A stretch of DNA of 32,000 nt from Acaryochloris marina MBIC11017 (GTDB lineage: Bacteria > Cyanobacteriota > Cyanobacteriia > Thermosynechococcales > Thermosynechococcaceae): NCBI RefSeq assembly GCF_000018105.1, contig NC_009925.1, forward strand, positions 3,030,001-3,062,000, in the 5' to 3' direction. The notes beneath the pieces were generated by a model, which worked only from the letters and a program-made list of their open reading frames with translations, had not been told where the DNA came from and searched no databases. Shown here one piece after another: positions 1 to 10,740 of this stretch. Each line of letters begins with the position of its first letter. Positions within the stretch are counted from its first letter, which is position 1. The position numbers and the translations under genes are program-made.

Positions 1-185
1 TCCTGGCTATGTACCTGCTGGCCAAATAACAAATCCCTAATCTTATTGAGGGTATTAAGATCAACCTCTTCATTGGGAGAAGCATTGACCAATACACCCT
101 CATTTGAATGCTGATCACCATCTACTGGCTGCTCAGAAGATGATGTTGCTAAAGCTGAAGTTATCTGATCATTAGAGATGGTCAT
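1..185 (-). CDS. partial CDS (N-terminal 61 codons) of a hypothetical protein that runs off the left edge
   Basis: My own minus-strand translation from the ATG at 183-185 gives MTISNDQITSALATSSSEQPVDGDQHSNEGVLVNASPNEEVDLNTLNKIRDLLFGQQVHSQ, open to position 1. It is absent from the ORF track because it is truncated. I recognise no family. Confidence 0.3.
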   Translation of the reverse strand, partial: MTISNDQITSALATSSSEQPVDGDQHSNEGVLVNASPNEEVDLNTLNKIRDLLFGQQVHSQ

Positions 186-388
186 GGCCACATTGCGGTA
201 GTTTACGACTTGATTGAGCCAGTCATGTTCACGGCTTGAGTGGCATTACTGCACTATGCACTAGCCATAGACTTCCCTACGTTAGCCTAGATCTTAGCAT
301 TGCTTTACAGAACATGGCTGGATCCATTTGCCATCGCTCGCGACTAGCGTTCATCCAGGGTCAATTTAACCCATGCCATACAGTTAAA

Positions 389-1198
389 TCACTTAGCGAC
401 TAGCACTAGATGATAGCGATAGAGGGCCACCGGTTGATTCAGGGCTTGAAAATAGTTGGGATCCTGGGGGGATAAGTAGATCGCCGTCACTTGATCCGCG
501 TCGATTTGGGCCGGACTTGTGTTGATGTAGCGGTACGACGTCGTATTTTCGACTTGGTTGAGATACAGTTGGGCGCTGCTGCGAAACTCTTGCTGAAACA
601 GTTCGCTGGCAATCCAGGTATCGGTCTTAGCATCAAATTCAGTGGTGCGATCGCTAATGGTCGATACGAGTTGTCGCCCCTGATTGAGCACCGTCGTTTG
701 GCGATTGGGAAAGCGAGGATCAACTTTCACCGTTTGCACAGCCGCTTCACCGAGGTAAGCAGCAGCTAAACTCCGACCATTGAATGCTAAGTCAGCAATC
801 ACCGAAGGTTTACGGGACAACAACTCCCAAGGGGATGCATTGGCCAGCACTTTTGCCTTTAAAGGCGTCCGTTCTTCGACAAAGCGCACCGCAAAGGTCA
901 CGGGCTGATCTAACAAGCGCTCATTATCGGCATAGCCGGGGGTAACTAAGTCAGGCGCTAAGGGAGCCGCCAGATCCACGAGGGTACTGGTAACCTGCCA
1001 ATCTCCTAAAAACCAGTCGGGATAGATCAAGTCGCCAGACGCCGGTTTCAGCACCGGCTTTCCTTGCCAATCGGGAAAGGCTGCTAGGCGTTCTGTTAAA
1101 GGACTAGCCAGCCCCGGTAAAGACCAGCAGCAGAGCAAAAGTGCCAGACAAATACCCCACCCTTTCACTCTATAAGACTGCCAATCTTTACCGTTCAC
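389..1198 (-). CDS. conserved hypothetical secreted protein
   Basis: 269-aa ORF with an N-terminal hydrophobic signal-like segment (WGICLALLLCCWSLPGLASP). It starts 12 nt after the thiC stop on the same strand, so it is probably co-transcribed. No family motif recognised. Confidence 0.6.
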   Translation of the reverse strand: MNGKDWQSYRVKGWGICLALLLCCWSLPGLASPLTERLAAFPDWQGKPVLKPASGDLIYPDWFLGDWQVTSTLVDLAAPLAPDLVTPGYADNERLLDQPVTFAVRFVEERTPLKAKVLANASPWELLSRKPSVIADLAFNGRSLAAAYLGEAAVQTVKVDPRFPNRQTTVLNQGRQLVSTISDRTTEFDAKTDTWIASELFQQEFRSSAQLYLNQVENTTSYRYINTSPAQIDADQVTAIYLSPQDPNYFQALNQPVALYRYHLVLVAK

Positions 1199-1209
1199 CT
1201 CTTTTTCTC

Positions 1210-2679
<1,470 letters not shown>

Positions 2680-2984
2680 CTGACACAGATCCTAGCATTG
2701 ACAGGCAAGGCCCATCTCTGCAATTTTGTTTAAGTTTTACAAGAATTTGTGGAGTTTTGTCCGCTTTCTAAAACAAGTCGGTCAGGGATCTCATATTGAC
2801 GCTGCCATCAGTCATTTTTTGAGATAAACACCCCCGGCCAAAAAAAGAGTGGCAACTCTTCAAAGAAACACAGTAGGCTGGCAAACGTAGGGCTATGCTG
2901 CCATTGCTGCGCTTCCCTTTGTAATGGGTGACCGTTGCCGACCGATCTAGTCTAGCCAATCTTCAAACCGTCCGGAAAACAGTG

Positions 2985-4646
2985 ATGAGACGACCGTATT
3001 TCAATTTTCGTCGATATAGCCGCTTGCTGAGTGTCGCTTTGGCTGTAGCTTTGCTGCAAGCCGGGCCAATGCTAGCGGCTGAGCGTATCTTTTTATCCTT
3101 TCTATTCCTAGAGCGTTCCATTCCGATTCGCGACTTAGAACTTTATGCCAAGGAAGGTCGCAAGAGCAAAGCTTTGGCACCTTATTTGGGTTACTTTACC
3201 CCGGAGCAACAAACTCAACTGCGGGCCAGCTTGCAAGAGCGCCTCCCTCTCAACTCCGTCGCCATTGCCCAATTTCTCTACACCCCCGTGGGGGAAGCCT
3301 TGCTCAATCGAGTCCAACAGGTAGTGCGGACCAAGTCCGGACAAGGCAGTTTCTTCGCCCTCCGTTCTGCCTTTATTTTGGCAGCGAAAGATCCGGAAGG
3401 CTTAACGGCCCTGAGCGTTTTGCGCAATTTCCCTAATGCTGGCGTCCAAGTCGATGTTGATACTGCTCTGGAATTACTGAATCAAGTGCAAACAGCTGTC
3501 AAAACGACGAACGCCACCGTCAACGCCGTCATTCAGCAATCAAAAGCAGATCCCCAAGCCGATAGCCTAGCGGGCTGGTCTTTATCCCAGTCGGGTCTAT
3601 ACGATTGGGAGCGCATCACCTTAGACAACCTAAAGGATGAGAGTGAAAAGCGCATGAAATACACAGGCAAAGCCCGGGACTTTGCCGCCGATTTATATTT
3701 CCCGACCACGGCTTCAGAGACGCCCTATCCGGTGCTCGTGATTTCCCACGGATTTAACTCGGATCGCACTACCTACGCCTACTTAGCCAAGCATTTAGCT
3801 TCTCATGGCTATGTCGTGATCATGCCTGAACATCCTGGCAGTAACGGTCAGCAAATTTTCGATCTATTGCAAGGGCGGGCTCAAGACGTCACGGATCCGA
3901 CCGAATTTATCGATCGCCCCTTAGATGTCAGTTATCTCCTCGATCAACTGGCTCAGACATCCATTCCCGATCCACGATTCAAAGGTAGTCTCAATTTAGA
4001 GCAGGTCGGTATCTTAGGCCATTCCTATGGGGGATATACCGCTTTTGCCTTAGCGGGGGCGAAACCTAATTACCCGCAATTGCAGCAGGCCTGCCAAACC
4101 GGCTTAGAGTCATCCCTCAACATTTCCCTCGCCTTGCAGTGTCAAGCCTTACAAACGGCTGATAAAACCGTGGATTTGAAGGATTCAAGAATTCAATCCG
4201 TCGTGGCCATTAGCCCCATTGGCAGTAATTTATTTGGAGAATCGGGTTATCAAGCGGTTCAGGTTCCGGTGATGATCGTGGGTGGCAGTGCCGATACGAT
4301 CGCACCCGTGCTACCTGAACAAATCCAGCCCTTTCAATGGTTAACCACCCCTGAAAAACGGCTCGTTCTCATTAACAATGGAAACCATAACTCTACAATC
4401 AATACCTCTGCCAGTTCTCCCGATGTTTTTTCTGCCTTAGGGACAGGCAACGGTCCGAGTCCATTAGGCCGTTACTATACCAAGGCCCTGAGTACAGCCT
4501 TCTTTGGTCGTTATGTTCAAGGTCAAGAACAGTTCACCCCGTTTCTCTCCTCTAGCTATGCCGCCAATCTCAGTCGAGAACCCTTAACCTTGCATCTCAC
4601 CCCCACTCTGACCTTCCCTGCAGCTCAAACCTCGCAGGACTCTTGA
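2985..4646 (+). CDS. secreted alpha/beta hydrolase with an N-terminal DUF1400-like domain
   Basis: The ORF opens at 2928, but the ATG at 2985 gives MRRPYFNFRRYSRLLSVALAVALLQAGPMLAA, which looks like a signal peptide. The region ERSIPIRDLELYAKEG...IAQFLYTPVGEALL resembles cyanobacterial DUF1400. The nucleophile elbow is GHSYGG. Confidence 0.8.
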   Translation: MRRPYFNFRRYSRLLSVALAVALLQAGPMLAAERIFLSFLFLERSIPIRDLELYAKEGRKSKALAPYLGYFTPEQQTQLRASLQERLPLNSVAIAQFLYTPVGEALLNRVQQVVRTKSGQGSFFALRSAFILAAKDPEGLTALSVLRNFPNAGVQVDVDTALELLNQVQTAVKTTNATVNAVIQQSKADPQADSLAGWSLSQSGLYDWERITLDNLKDESEKRMKYTGKARDFAADLYFPTTASETPYPVLVISHGFNSDRTTYAYLAKHLASHGYVVIMPEHPGSNGQQIFDLLQGRAQDVTDPTEFIDRPLDVSYLLDQLAQTSIPDPRFKGSLNLEQVGILGHSYGGYTAFALAGAKPNYPQLQQACQTGLESSLNISLALQCQALQTADKTVDLKDSRIQSVVAISPIGSNLFGESGYQAVQVPVMIVGGSADTIAPVLPEQIQPFQWLTTPEKRLVLINNGNHNSTINTSASSPDVFSALGTGNGPSPLGRYYTKALSTAFFGRYVQGQEQFTPFLSSSYAANLSREPLTLHLTPTLTFPAAQTSQDS

Positions 4647-5516
4647 ATGCTTGGTTTTTTGAATTTGCATAAGCCTACTGGCATGACCTCTCATGATTGT
4701 GTCGGCAAAGTTCGGCGAATCTGTGGCCTCAAGCGGGTGGGTCATGGGGGCACCCTGGATCCCTTGGCGACTGGCGTCTTGCCCATTGCCTTGGGACCGG
4801 CAACCCGCCTCCTACACTATTTACCAGACCAAAAAACCTACCAAGCGACCATTCAGTTTGGCTTGACGACTACCACGGATGATTTAGCTGGAGACATTCT
4901 GTCAGAACAGTCGGCTAACCATCTCGCTCAAGAGGTAGTTGAAAAAGCGCTACCGCAATTCCTCGGTTCCATTGAACAACGCCCACCGGCCTATAGTGCA
5001 ATCCAGGTTAAAGGTCAGCGCTTATACGATTTGGCTCGCCAAGGCAAAGACGTAACGGCTCCCCTACGCCAAGTGGAGGTGTTCGACATTCAGATCTTGG
5101 ACTGGCAGGGGGGAGAAAAATCGGAGTTGCAGGTTGAGATCGCATGTGGTCCTGGCACTTATATTCGCTCTATCGCCAGGGATTTAGGTGAGGTTTTGGG
5201 GACTGGGGCCACCTTAGCTCAACTCACGCGCACCCTAAGTTGTGGCTTTGCCCTCGCCGATAGTTTGACCTTTGAAACATTAGCGGAGCAGGTTCAAGCC
5301 GGAACATTTTCACCCCTGGAGCCATCTTTTTCCCTACAACAACCGATTCTTCATTTGCCTCCGGCAGAGGCCCAGCGTTTTTGCTGGGGGCAAAAGCTTC
5401 CTCAAGATTGTGCAGATGGCATGATGCAGGTGCATGACACTAGCGATCGCTTTTTAGGGATGGGGGAAATCATCGACGGGCTGCTCAAACCCAAGGTCGT
5501 ATTGCCCGCACAATAA
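4647..5516 (+). CDS. truB: tRNA pseudouridine(55) synthase TruB
   Basis: 289 aa with the catalytic GHGGTLDPLATGVL motif and PPAYSAIQVKGQRLYDLAR. Its start directly abuts the upstream stop (TGAATG). Confidence 0.93.
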   Translation: MLGFLNLHKPTGMTSHDCVGKVRRICGLKRVGHGGTLDPLATGVLPIALGPATRLLHYLPDQKTYQATIQFGLTTTTDDLAGDILSEQSANHLAQEVVEKALPQFLGSIEQRPPAYSAIQVKGQRLYDLARQGKDVTAPLRQVEVFDIQILDWQGGEKSELQVEIACGPGTYIRSIARDLGEVLGTGATLAQLTRTLSCGFALADSLTFETLAEQVQAGTFSPLEPSFSLQQPILHLPPAEAQRFCWGQKLPQDCADGMMQVHDTSDRFLGMGEIIDGLLKPKVVLPAQ

Positions 5517-5601
5517 AAATTGTGCCGATGACACCACTCCTAAAATCAGCAATGCTATACTCTGAGCCAAAATTATCGTTTCCTCCTCTCCAAACCTCAC
5601 T

Positions 5602-6372
5602 ATGCGCCGGTTCACGTCGAATTCCCCTCTTTTTAAAGGTCTAGTCTTATTCATCGGAGCATTGGTCTGCATCCTTGCCCTCCATACCAATGCCGTTAGC
5701 CAAACAGTTCACTCGGAGCTAACTAACTTTCGACCAATTACCGTCTGGCGACCTGCCCATGAGACTAATTTTGGTAAACGGTATCCCAAAGACATTTACG
5801 GTCGGCCTGTAAACAATGAGCCGATTGTGGTGCTTCATGAAACAGTCAGTTCTGGAGCCAGTACTATCCGCTTCTTTCAGACGCCTCATTACAATGAAGC
5901 CGAACAAGCCAGCTACCACGATCTAATTATCCGCAACGGCACGATTGTGCATATCGTATCTAGGGAGAATCGGGCTTTTGGTGCAGGGAATTCAGTGTTT
6001 AATGGCCCTAACGGCCCTGAGAGCGTCAAAACCCATAAGATCTATTCCGCTTCGGTCAATAATTTTGCTTATCATATTTCCCTAGAAACCCCCCCTGATG
6101 GCCGGCATAATGGCAATCGTCACAGCGGCTATACCCAAGCCCAATACAAATCCCTTGCCTATCTGGTGGCGAATAGTCAGATTCCCCTGTCCCGAGTCAC
6201 CACCCACAAAGGCGTCGATCGGTCTGGCAGCCGCAGGGATCCTCGGAGTTTTAACAATCGCTACTTTACCAGTCTGGTTCAACGGTTTAGTCAGGTGAAT
6301 AACGCTAAAGCAATCAGTCAAACTCCCCCAGCTTTTGTGGAAGCTGAGTCGCCGAGCCTCAACATCCCATAA
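5602..6372 (+). CDS. N-acetylmuramoyl-L-alanine amidase (Amidase_2/PGRP-like), secreted
   Basis: Signal-like N-terminus. The blocks VVLHETV, ASYHDLI, AFGAG, NNFAYHISLE and TTHKGVD follow the order of the Amidase_2 conserved blocks. Confidence 0.65.
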   Translation: MRRFTSNSPLFKGLVLFIGALVCILALHTNAVSQTVHSELTNFRPITVWRPAHETNFGKRYPKDIYGRPVNNEPIVVLHETVSSGASTIRFFQTPHYNEAEQASYHDLIIRNGTIVHIVSRENRAFGAGNSVFNGPNGPESVKTHKIYSASVNNFAYHISLETPPDGRHNGNRHSGYTQAQYKSLAYLVANSQIPLSRVTTHKGVDRSGSRRDPRSFNNRYFTSLVQRFSQVNNAKAISQTPPAFVEAESPSLNIP

Positions 6373-6587
6373 ACCCTACTTTGAACAGGGCCGCCTGCAT
6401 CAATATTGGTGCAAGCCTATTTGCTGTGGAGGATTACCTCTTAGCCCCTAGGGTTTTGCATCCTTCTCAGGATTCTCATAAATCCCTTATGGTCTCTTCA
6501 GCAAATTACTGGGAATCACCCAGATCGCCATCATTCCAACTTCAGATACCCCCCGTACATTAAAGACATTGAAGTTGGAGAACAAAC

Positions 6588-6917
6588 ATGACACGCATTC
6601 ATCAAGTCGCTTTTTCAGTCGTCACAAGCTTCACCGTCCTCAGCATTGGTATTGCGTCCTCAGCACTTGCTGAAACGATTACCGTCACCCGTGGTCCTAA
6701 TGGCGCTTCCCATCAAGTCAAAGTAGACCGTATTCCTCAAGATGCTCAGGTTCAGCCCGACACACCTGCAACCTCAGTACCAGCAGTCACCACAAAAGGA
6801 CCCAATGGTGCTTCTCAGATTGTTCAATCCGAGGCTCGCTCAGTCGCTGCGCAATCGTCAGGCAACCTACAAGTCGTTAAGCGCGGTCCGAATGGTGCAG
6901 CCCATATTGCGAATTAG
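6588..6917 (+). CDS. small secreted protein with three GPNGA repeats
   Basis: GGAG lies 8 nt upstream of the ATG. There is a signal peptide ending ...SSALA. It has three copies of [RK]GPNGA[SA][HQ]. A strong hairpin terminator lies downstream. Confidence 0.55.
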   Translation: MTRIHQVAFSVVTSFTVLSIGIASSALAETITVTRGPNGASHQVKVDRIPQDAQVQPDTPATSVPAVTTKGPNGASQIVQSEARSVAAQSSGNLQVVKRGPNGAAHIAN

Positions 6918-6959
6918 GCCCATTGATCCAAGCTGATACCCAAGTAGTCACCACATACC

Positions 6960-6998
6960 AGAGCTGATTTTACCCCCCTATAATCAGCTCTTTTCTCT
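6960..6998 (+). terminator. rho-independent terminator
   Basis: Perfect 10-bp stem AGAGCTGATT (6960-6969) / AATCAGCTCT (6982-6991), followed by TTTCTCT. Confidence 0.6.
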
Positions 6999-7189
6999 AT
7001 ATCAGCTTTGCATTTTTCTCCAACAGATCCCTTACGACTGAGGGGTATGTCCCTTGGTCGTAGGCTTTTCTTCTGGCATAGCTTTTGCCAGACCTCCTTC
7101 ACAATCTGGAGATGCATAAAAGTTAATGCTGTTACGCTCAGCAACCTTTCACATGATGTTTTGAGGTTCGTGAACATCATTCACTACCT

Positions 7190-8677
7190 TTAAGGCAACC
7201 AGAGGGGTTGAACACCTGGGAGCAATTTCTGGGGTTTTGTCTTCTTAAAGAAAACAGCGTTGGTCTCCTGTAATGGATATAGCCATACGTGACTTTCACT
7301 GACCGTTTGCCCTACTGAATTCAGAACAACGCTTTGGCTGGGCTTATCGATAACGGTCACCTCTTCGTAGAGTAGGGCTGAACCATCGGGAGCAAGGCTA
7401 AGGGTTCCGCTGGACTGTTTAGGAATCGTAATCAAACGCTGTTGTTTGCCAGTCTCTAATTCAATGGCACTGATGTGAAGATCAAAATTGGCTGTTTGAC
7501 TGCGATTAAACGTCGTATATAGACAGTAAACAGTTTGTGTATTGGGATTAATCTCTGCATCTAAGAGGTACCCGCCAATTTTAAGTAATTCTTTTTCTTG
7601 CCCTTGATTGGATAACAGGTACAGAGAACGAGTGGAGTCAGGATTATTTTGGGCCATCAAGGCTGCAGAACCATCCCTGGCAAAATTGAGAATTTGGTCA
7701 AACTTGGGCCAAAAATCGACGGGCTTACTTTTTGCATCCCCATTTAGCGACACCATCGCTACACCTTGATTTTGAGAAATAACCAAGGTTTGACCATCGG
7801 GCGTAATTAAAAATTGGCCATCCGCATTATGTTTCAATCGACGCGGGGGTGCTGCATCTGTTAACACCCAAAGACTGATGGGTTCATTTTCCCGGCGACT
7901 AAACTGCTGGACGATCAGAACTTCTCCATTGGGGGTGATATCAAAGTCTAGGAGTTGATAATCTTGATTTTCTAATAAGAGCCGGTATTGAGGTTGGGCC
8001 TCTTGAGAGGCTAGGGAAACAGCATAGAGTTTTTGCTCAAATAAATCTTGATTGGTATTCCCGCGATCGATAGCAGTAAATAGAATGCGATTTCGGGTGG
8101 GATCCGCCTTAAAATCCAGCACGGTCAACGTTGCTGGCGTTAGGATCTGATGGGTGTTTTGGGTGAGATTATGCAGGACTAAACGGCCATTTTCTTCCCC
8201 ATCGATACCAAGCAAGACTAAGGTGCGATCGCGACTTCGAAACTGTCCCGTAAACGGCTGCATTTTGACCGCTTCCTCGGCATCACCCCGAGTAGCTGCC
8301 GTGGCTTGGTCAAGGGTGACTTGAAACGACTGACCGTAAGGAATGGGTTGGTTAAGGGTATAGGCTAAGCGACGGCCAGACCAGCTAAACTTGCCCGGAA
8401 TGGGGGGCTGAATCTTCAAATTCTCCGTCACCGATTGCCAATCCATGGCTCGATTAAAGGTGAGAATAAACGCCGAGTCTTCCACCCCAATCTGCTGATC
8501 TTGCCAGCTAAACTCGCGCACCTTGGGAAAGGTATGATCTCCACTCCAAATAATTCCCCCAATCAACAGACTCAACACCACAATCATGGCAATGGCAATG
8601 CGATCTAAAGGATGCGAATTAGACCAACGATTTACCCCCATCCACGGGTGCTTCAAATTATCCTTACCCAATGTCAT
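7190..8677 (-). CDS. membrane-anchored protein with an Ig-like N-terminal region and a TolB-like beta-propeller region
   Basis: 495 aa with one N-terminal TM segment (IAIAMIVVLSLLIGGIIW). Recurring PDG/PNG-containing blades (ITPDGQTL, ITPNGEVL, LAPDGSAL) are typical of TolB/WD40-like propellers. The family call is tentative. Confidence 0.55.
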   Translation of the reverse strand: MTLGKDNLKHPWMGVNRWSNSHPLDRIAIAMIVVLSLLIGGIIWSGDHTFPKVREFSWQDQQIGVEDSAFILTFNRAMDWQSVTENLKIQPPIPGKFSWSGRRLAYTLNQPIPYGQSFQVTLDQATAATRGDAEEAVKMQPFTGQFRSRDRTLVLLGIDGEENGRLVLHNLTQNTHQILTPATLTVLDFKADPTRNRILFTAIDRGNTNQDLFEQKLYAVSLASQEAQPQYRLLLENQDYQLLDFDITPNGEVLIVQQFSRRENEPISLWVLTDAAPPRRLKHNADGQFLITPDGQTLVISQNQGVAMVSLNGDAKSKPVDFWPKFDQILNFARDGSAALMAQNNPDSTRSLYLLSNQGQEKELLKIGGYLLDAEINPNTQTVYCLYTTFNRSQTANFDLHISAIELETGKQQRLITIPKQSSGTLSLAPDGSALLYEEVTVIDKPSQSVVLNSVGQTVSESHVWLYPLQETNAVFFKKTKPQKLLPGVQPLWLP

Positions 8678-8910
8678 TCGTTTCTATGATTTTGATGTAC
8701 CCATCTGCACTCTTCGTTCCTGGCTGATCAATCAGAAGGTTGTATCGGATTGGGTCTGTCATAACATTGGCATCTTTGCTTCGGCAAGGGATTTAACATC
8801 ATTTCCCTCTTGTTTCTGATAAGCTGAATGCAACTTTTGGGATATTACCGTCGTCGTGCAGTTGTAAAGCCATTAGTACAAATATTATTGCCTGATCAAG
8901 GGGATGGATT

Positions 8911-9339
8911 ATGTGTGTTGGATGCTACGCCATGCCGATTATGACGTTGATATCGCCAGGGCCAGAAGCGCCACCTGCAACAGCGGTTCCCTTGATTGAC
9001 TCGCCCGAAGCCAAGGTTATGCAGGTTCAACCCCAAGTTAGCGCAACCCAGGTCAGAGCTGACATTGCTGCAATGATTGCACGGTTGCCCGATTCTGCGG
9101 ACTCGGCCATTCTGCGCGAAGAATTTACAGCGATTTATCAACGCTTAGAAGGCGTCACCAACGTAGATGAAGCCAATACGATTGTGGGCGAGGGAATGCT
9201 GAATATTGCTGATCGTTTGGGATCAAATCCCAATGCAGATCGGGTGATCAAGATCTTGCATGAGGTCCAAGAACCTGAACCTCAAAAACAAGCCACCCAT
9301 CCTTTACTCAAACAATCCGCTTGGGGCTGGATTTCCTAA
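8911..9339 (+). CDS. hypothetical protein
   Basis: 142-aa ORF in an otherwise empty 800-bp gap. No motif recognised and the start is uncertain. Confidence 0.4.
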   Translation: MCVGCYAMPIMTLISPGPEAPPATAVPLIDSPEAKVMQVQPQVSATQVRADIAAMIARLPDSADSAILREEFTAIYQRLEGVTNVDEANTIVGEGMLNIADRLGSNPNADRVIKILHEVQEPEPQKQATHPLLKQSAWGWIS

Positions 9340-9496
9340 AGAACGGTTTGAATATTCAAGGCTGAAAAACCATGCAGTCTTTAGGGCATACTAGTTTCAA
9401 TGCCTCTCAGCATGTTTTGGCATCGCAAACACGCCAGGGTTAAGCCATTGGCAAACTGGCTATACTGGATTAAACCTTCATCACAAGGCTTTAGGA

Positions 9497-9721
9497 ATGA
9501 TCGATCAAACAAATATTCTGACGACGTTAGGATGTTCAGGTTCTCTGCTGCTGGCTTTAGCGATGCCCCAGTCGGCCTCGGCAACGGCCAATATCCAGGA
9601 TCAGATCGAGGCTGAGCAGGGTTTCCCCACTGTGGAAATGTCTCAAAGCGATCGCATGGAAGATGCCATTGGTTGTGGCTGTGCCATCTGCCAAAGAGCC
9701 CCTATCGAAACGGGTCTGTAA
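9497..9721 (+). CDS. possible small secreted protein with a C-terminal CGCAIC motif
   Basis: 74-aa ORF with a signal-like segment (LGCSGSLLLALAMPQSASA) and GCGCAICQ near the C-terminus. The RBS is weak. Confidence 0.25.
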   Translation: MIDQTNILTTLGCSGSLLLALAMPQSASATANIQDQIEAEQGFPTVEMSQSDRMEDAIGCGCAICQRAPIETGL

Positions 9722-9753
9722 ATCCAGTCATACTCTAGACTTTAGCTTTCCAA

Positions 9754-10644
9754 CTAGACTGGTGCGGTGTTTCCTTGTAGAAAGGGGAGAATCATAGGTG
9801 CGATCGCATCACCAAACTCTTCTGCCATGCCCAGGCTGCCAGGTACGTAAGCAGCTTTGATATTTGGTAATTGAACCATTGCTTCCATTTCAGCTTTTGA
9901 CTTTGGTGGGGCTTGTTCCGCCACGATCACCATCACTGGCTCAGTTTGTTGTGCCAAGCCAGTTAAGAATTCCTCTCGCTCGTCTACTGGATCTAAGCCC
10001 CCTGTAACAAAGGCGGCTGGTGCATACCGGGCACCGGGTTGCTGCGTGTTTTGATATTTCTGAGCCATAAATTCAGCGGTCAATTGGGTTTCATCGACAA
10101 AGACATGGCGACGATACATCCATTTCAAAAACCCAGGACGAGTATTCAGCCCATACAGCGCTGAACCGATCATAGGTGCACTCACGAGCTGGCGAATCCC
10201 GTGGCGCATCGCCACTGGTGCCCCCATAACCGCCAGTGGACCTCGCCAAGTCGGGGCAATCAATACCATTCGCGACCAGGACTGGAGGGCGAGCGCATAC
10301 CCAGCAGCATGGCCCGCCGCTACAACCGCCACCTCTTGCGGAAAAGTATCTTGAACAAATGCCTTCAGAAATTGACGATAGAACTCCGGCTGATATGACA
10401 CCGCAGGACGGTCGGAATCGCCAAATCCCGGCCAGTCTAGAAGCGTAACCTGAAAGTGAGAGGCCAAAGCCTGGGCTAAGGTTGCCAGTTCCGCCCGAGT
10501 AGATACCGTACTAAAGGCGGGTAATAACAACACGGAAGGACCGGAACCAAGAGTTTCAGTAGCAATATTTAGGGTGTGATTTTGCCATTGCCAGGTGTAG
10601 GTGTCCAGTTGCAGTTGTGCCGATGCCATCCAATCCTCCATCAA
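9754..10644 (-). CDS. alpha/beta-fold protein whose nucleophile elbow reads GHAAG
   Basis: 296 aa with typical alpha/beta-hydrolase organisation (LLLPAFSTVS..., VAVVAAGHAAGYALAL). It is transcribed divergently from a perfect Zur-type palindrome. Confidence 0.8.
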   Translation of the reverse strand: MMEDWMASAQLQLDTYTWQWQNHTLNIATETLGSGPSVLLLPAFSTVSTRAELATLAQALASHFQVTLLDWPGFGDSDRPAVSYQPEFYRQFLKAFVQDTFPQEVAVVAAGHAAGYALALQSWSRMVLIAPTWRGPLAVMGAPVAMRHGIRQLVSAPMIGSALYGLNTRPGFLKWMYRRHVFVDETQLTAEFMAQKYQNTQQPGARYAPAAFVTGGLDPVDEREEFLTGLAQQTEPVMVIVAEQAPPKSKAEMEAMVQLPNIKAAYVPGSLGMAEEFGDAIAPMILPFLQGNTAPV

Positions 10645-10696
10645 ACCTGATCAAGATGTTATAGGCTGGTCAGGTTTAAAACTCATATTATAAAAT

Positions 10697-10711
10697 GATA
10701 ATCATTATCAC
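10697..10711. promoter_or_regulatory. Zur/Fur-type operator (perfect 7-1-7 palindrome)
   Basis: TGATAATCATTATCA is embedded in an AT-rich 96-bp divergent intergenic region. It lies 53 nt from the start of 9754..10644 and 30 nt from the start of 10741..11967. Confidence 0.75.
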
Positions 10712-10740
10712 AATGACAAACCTCACTCTTCTCATTATCT

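Noticed and set aside
6381-6563. 60-aa ORF between the amidase gene and the GPNGA-repeat gene, and ORF 6742-6936 inside the latter.
   Set aside because: They are short, lack an RBS and have no recognisable features. The second is an alternative frame of the repeat gene.
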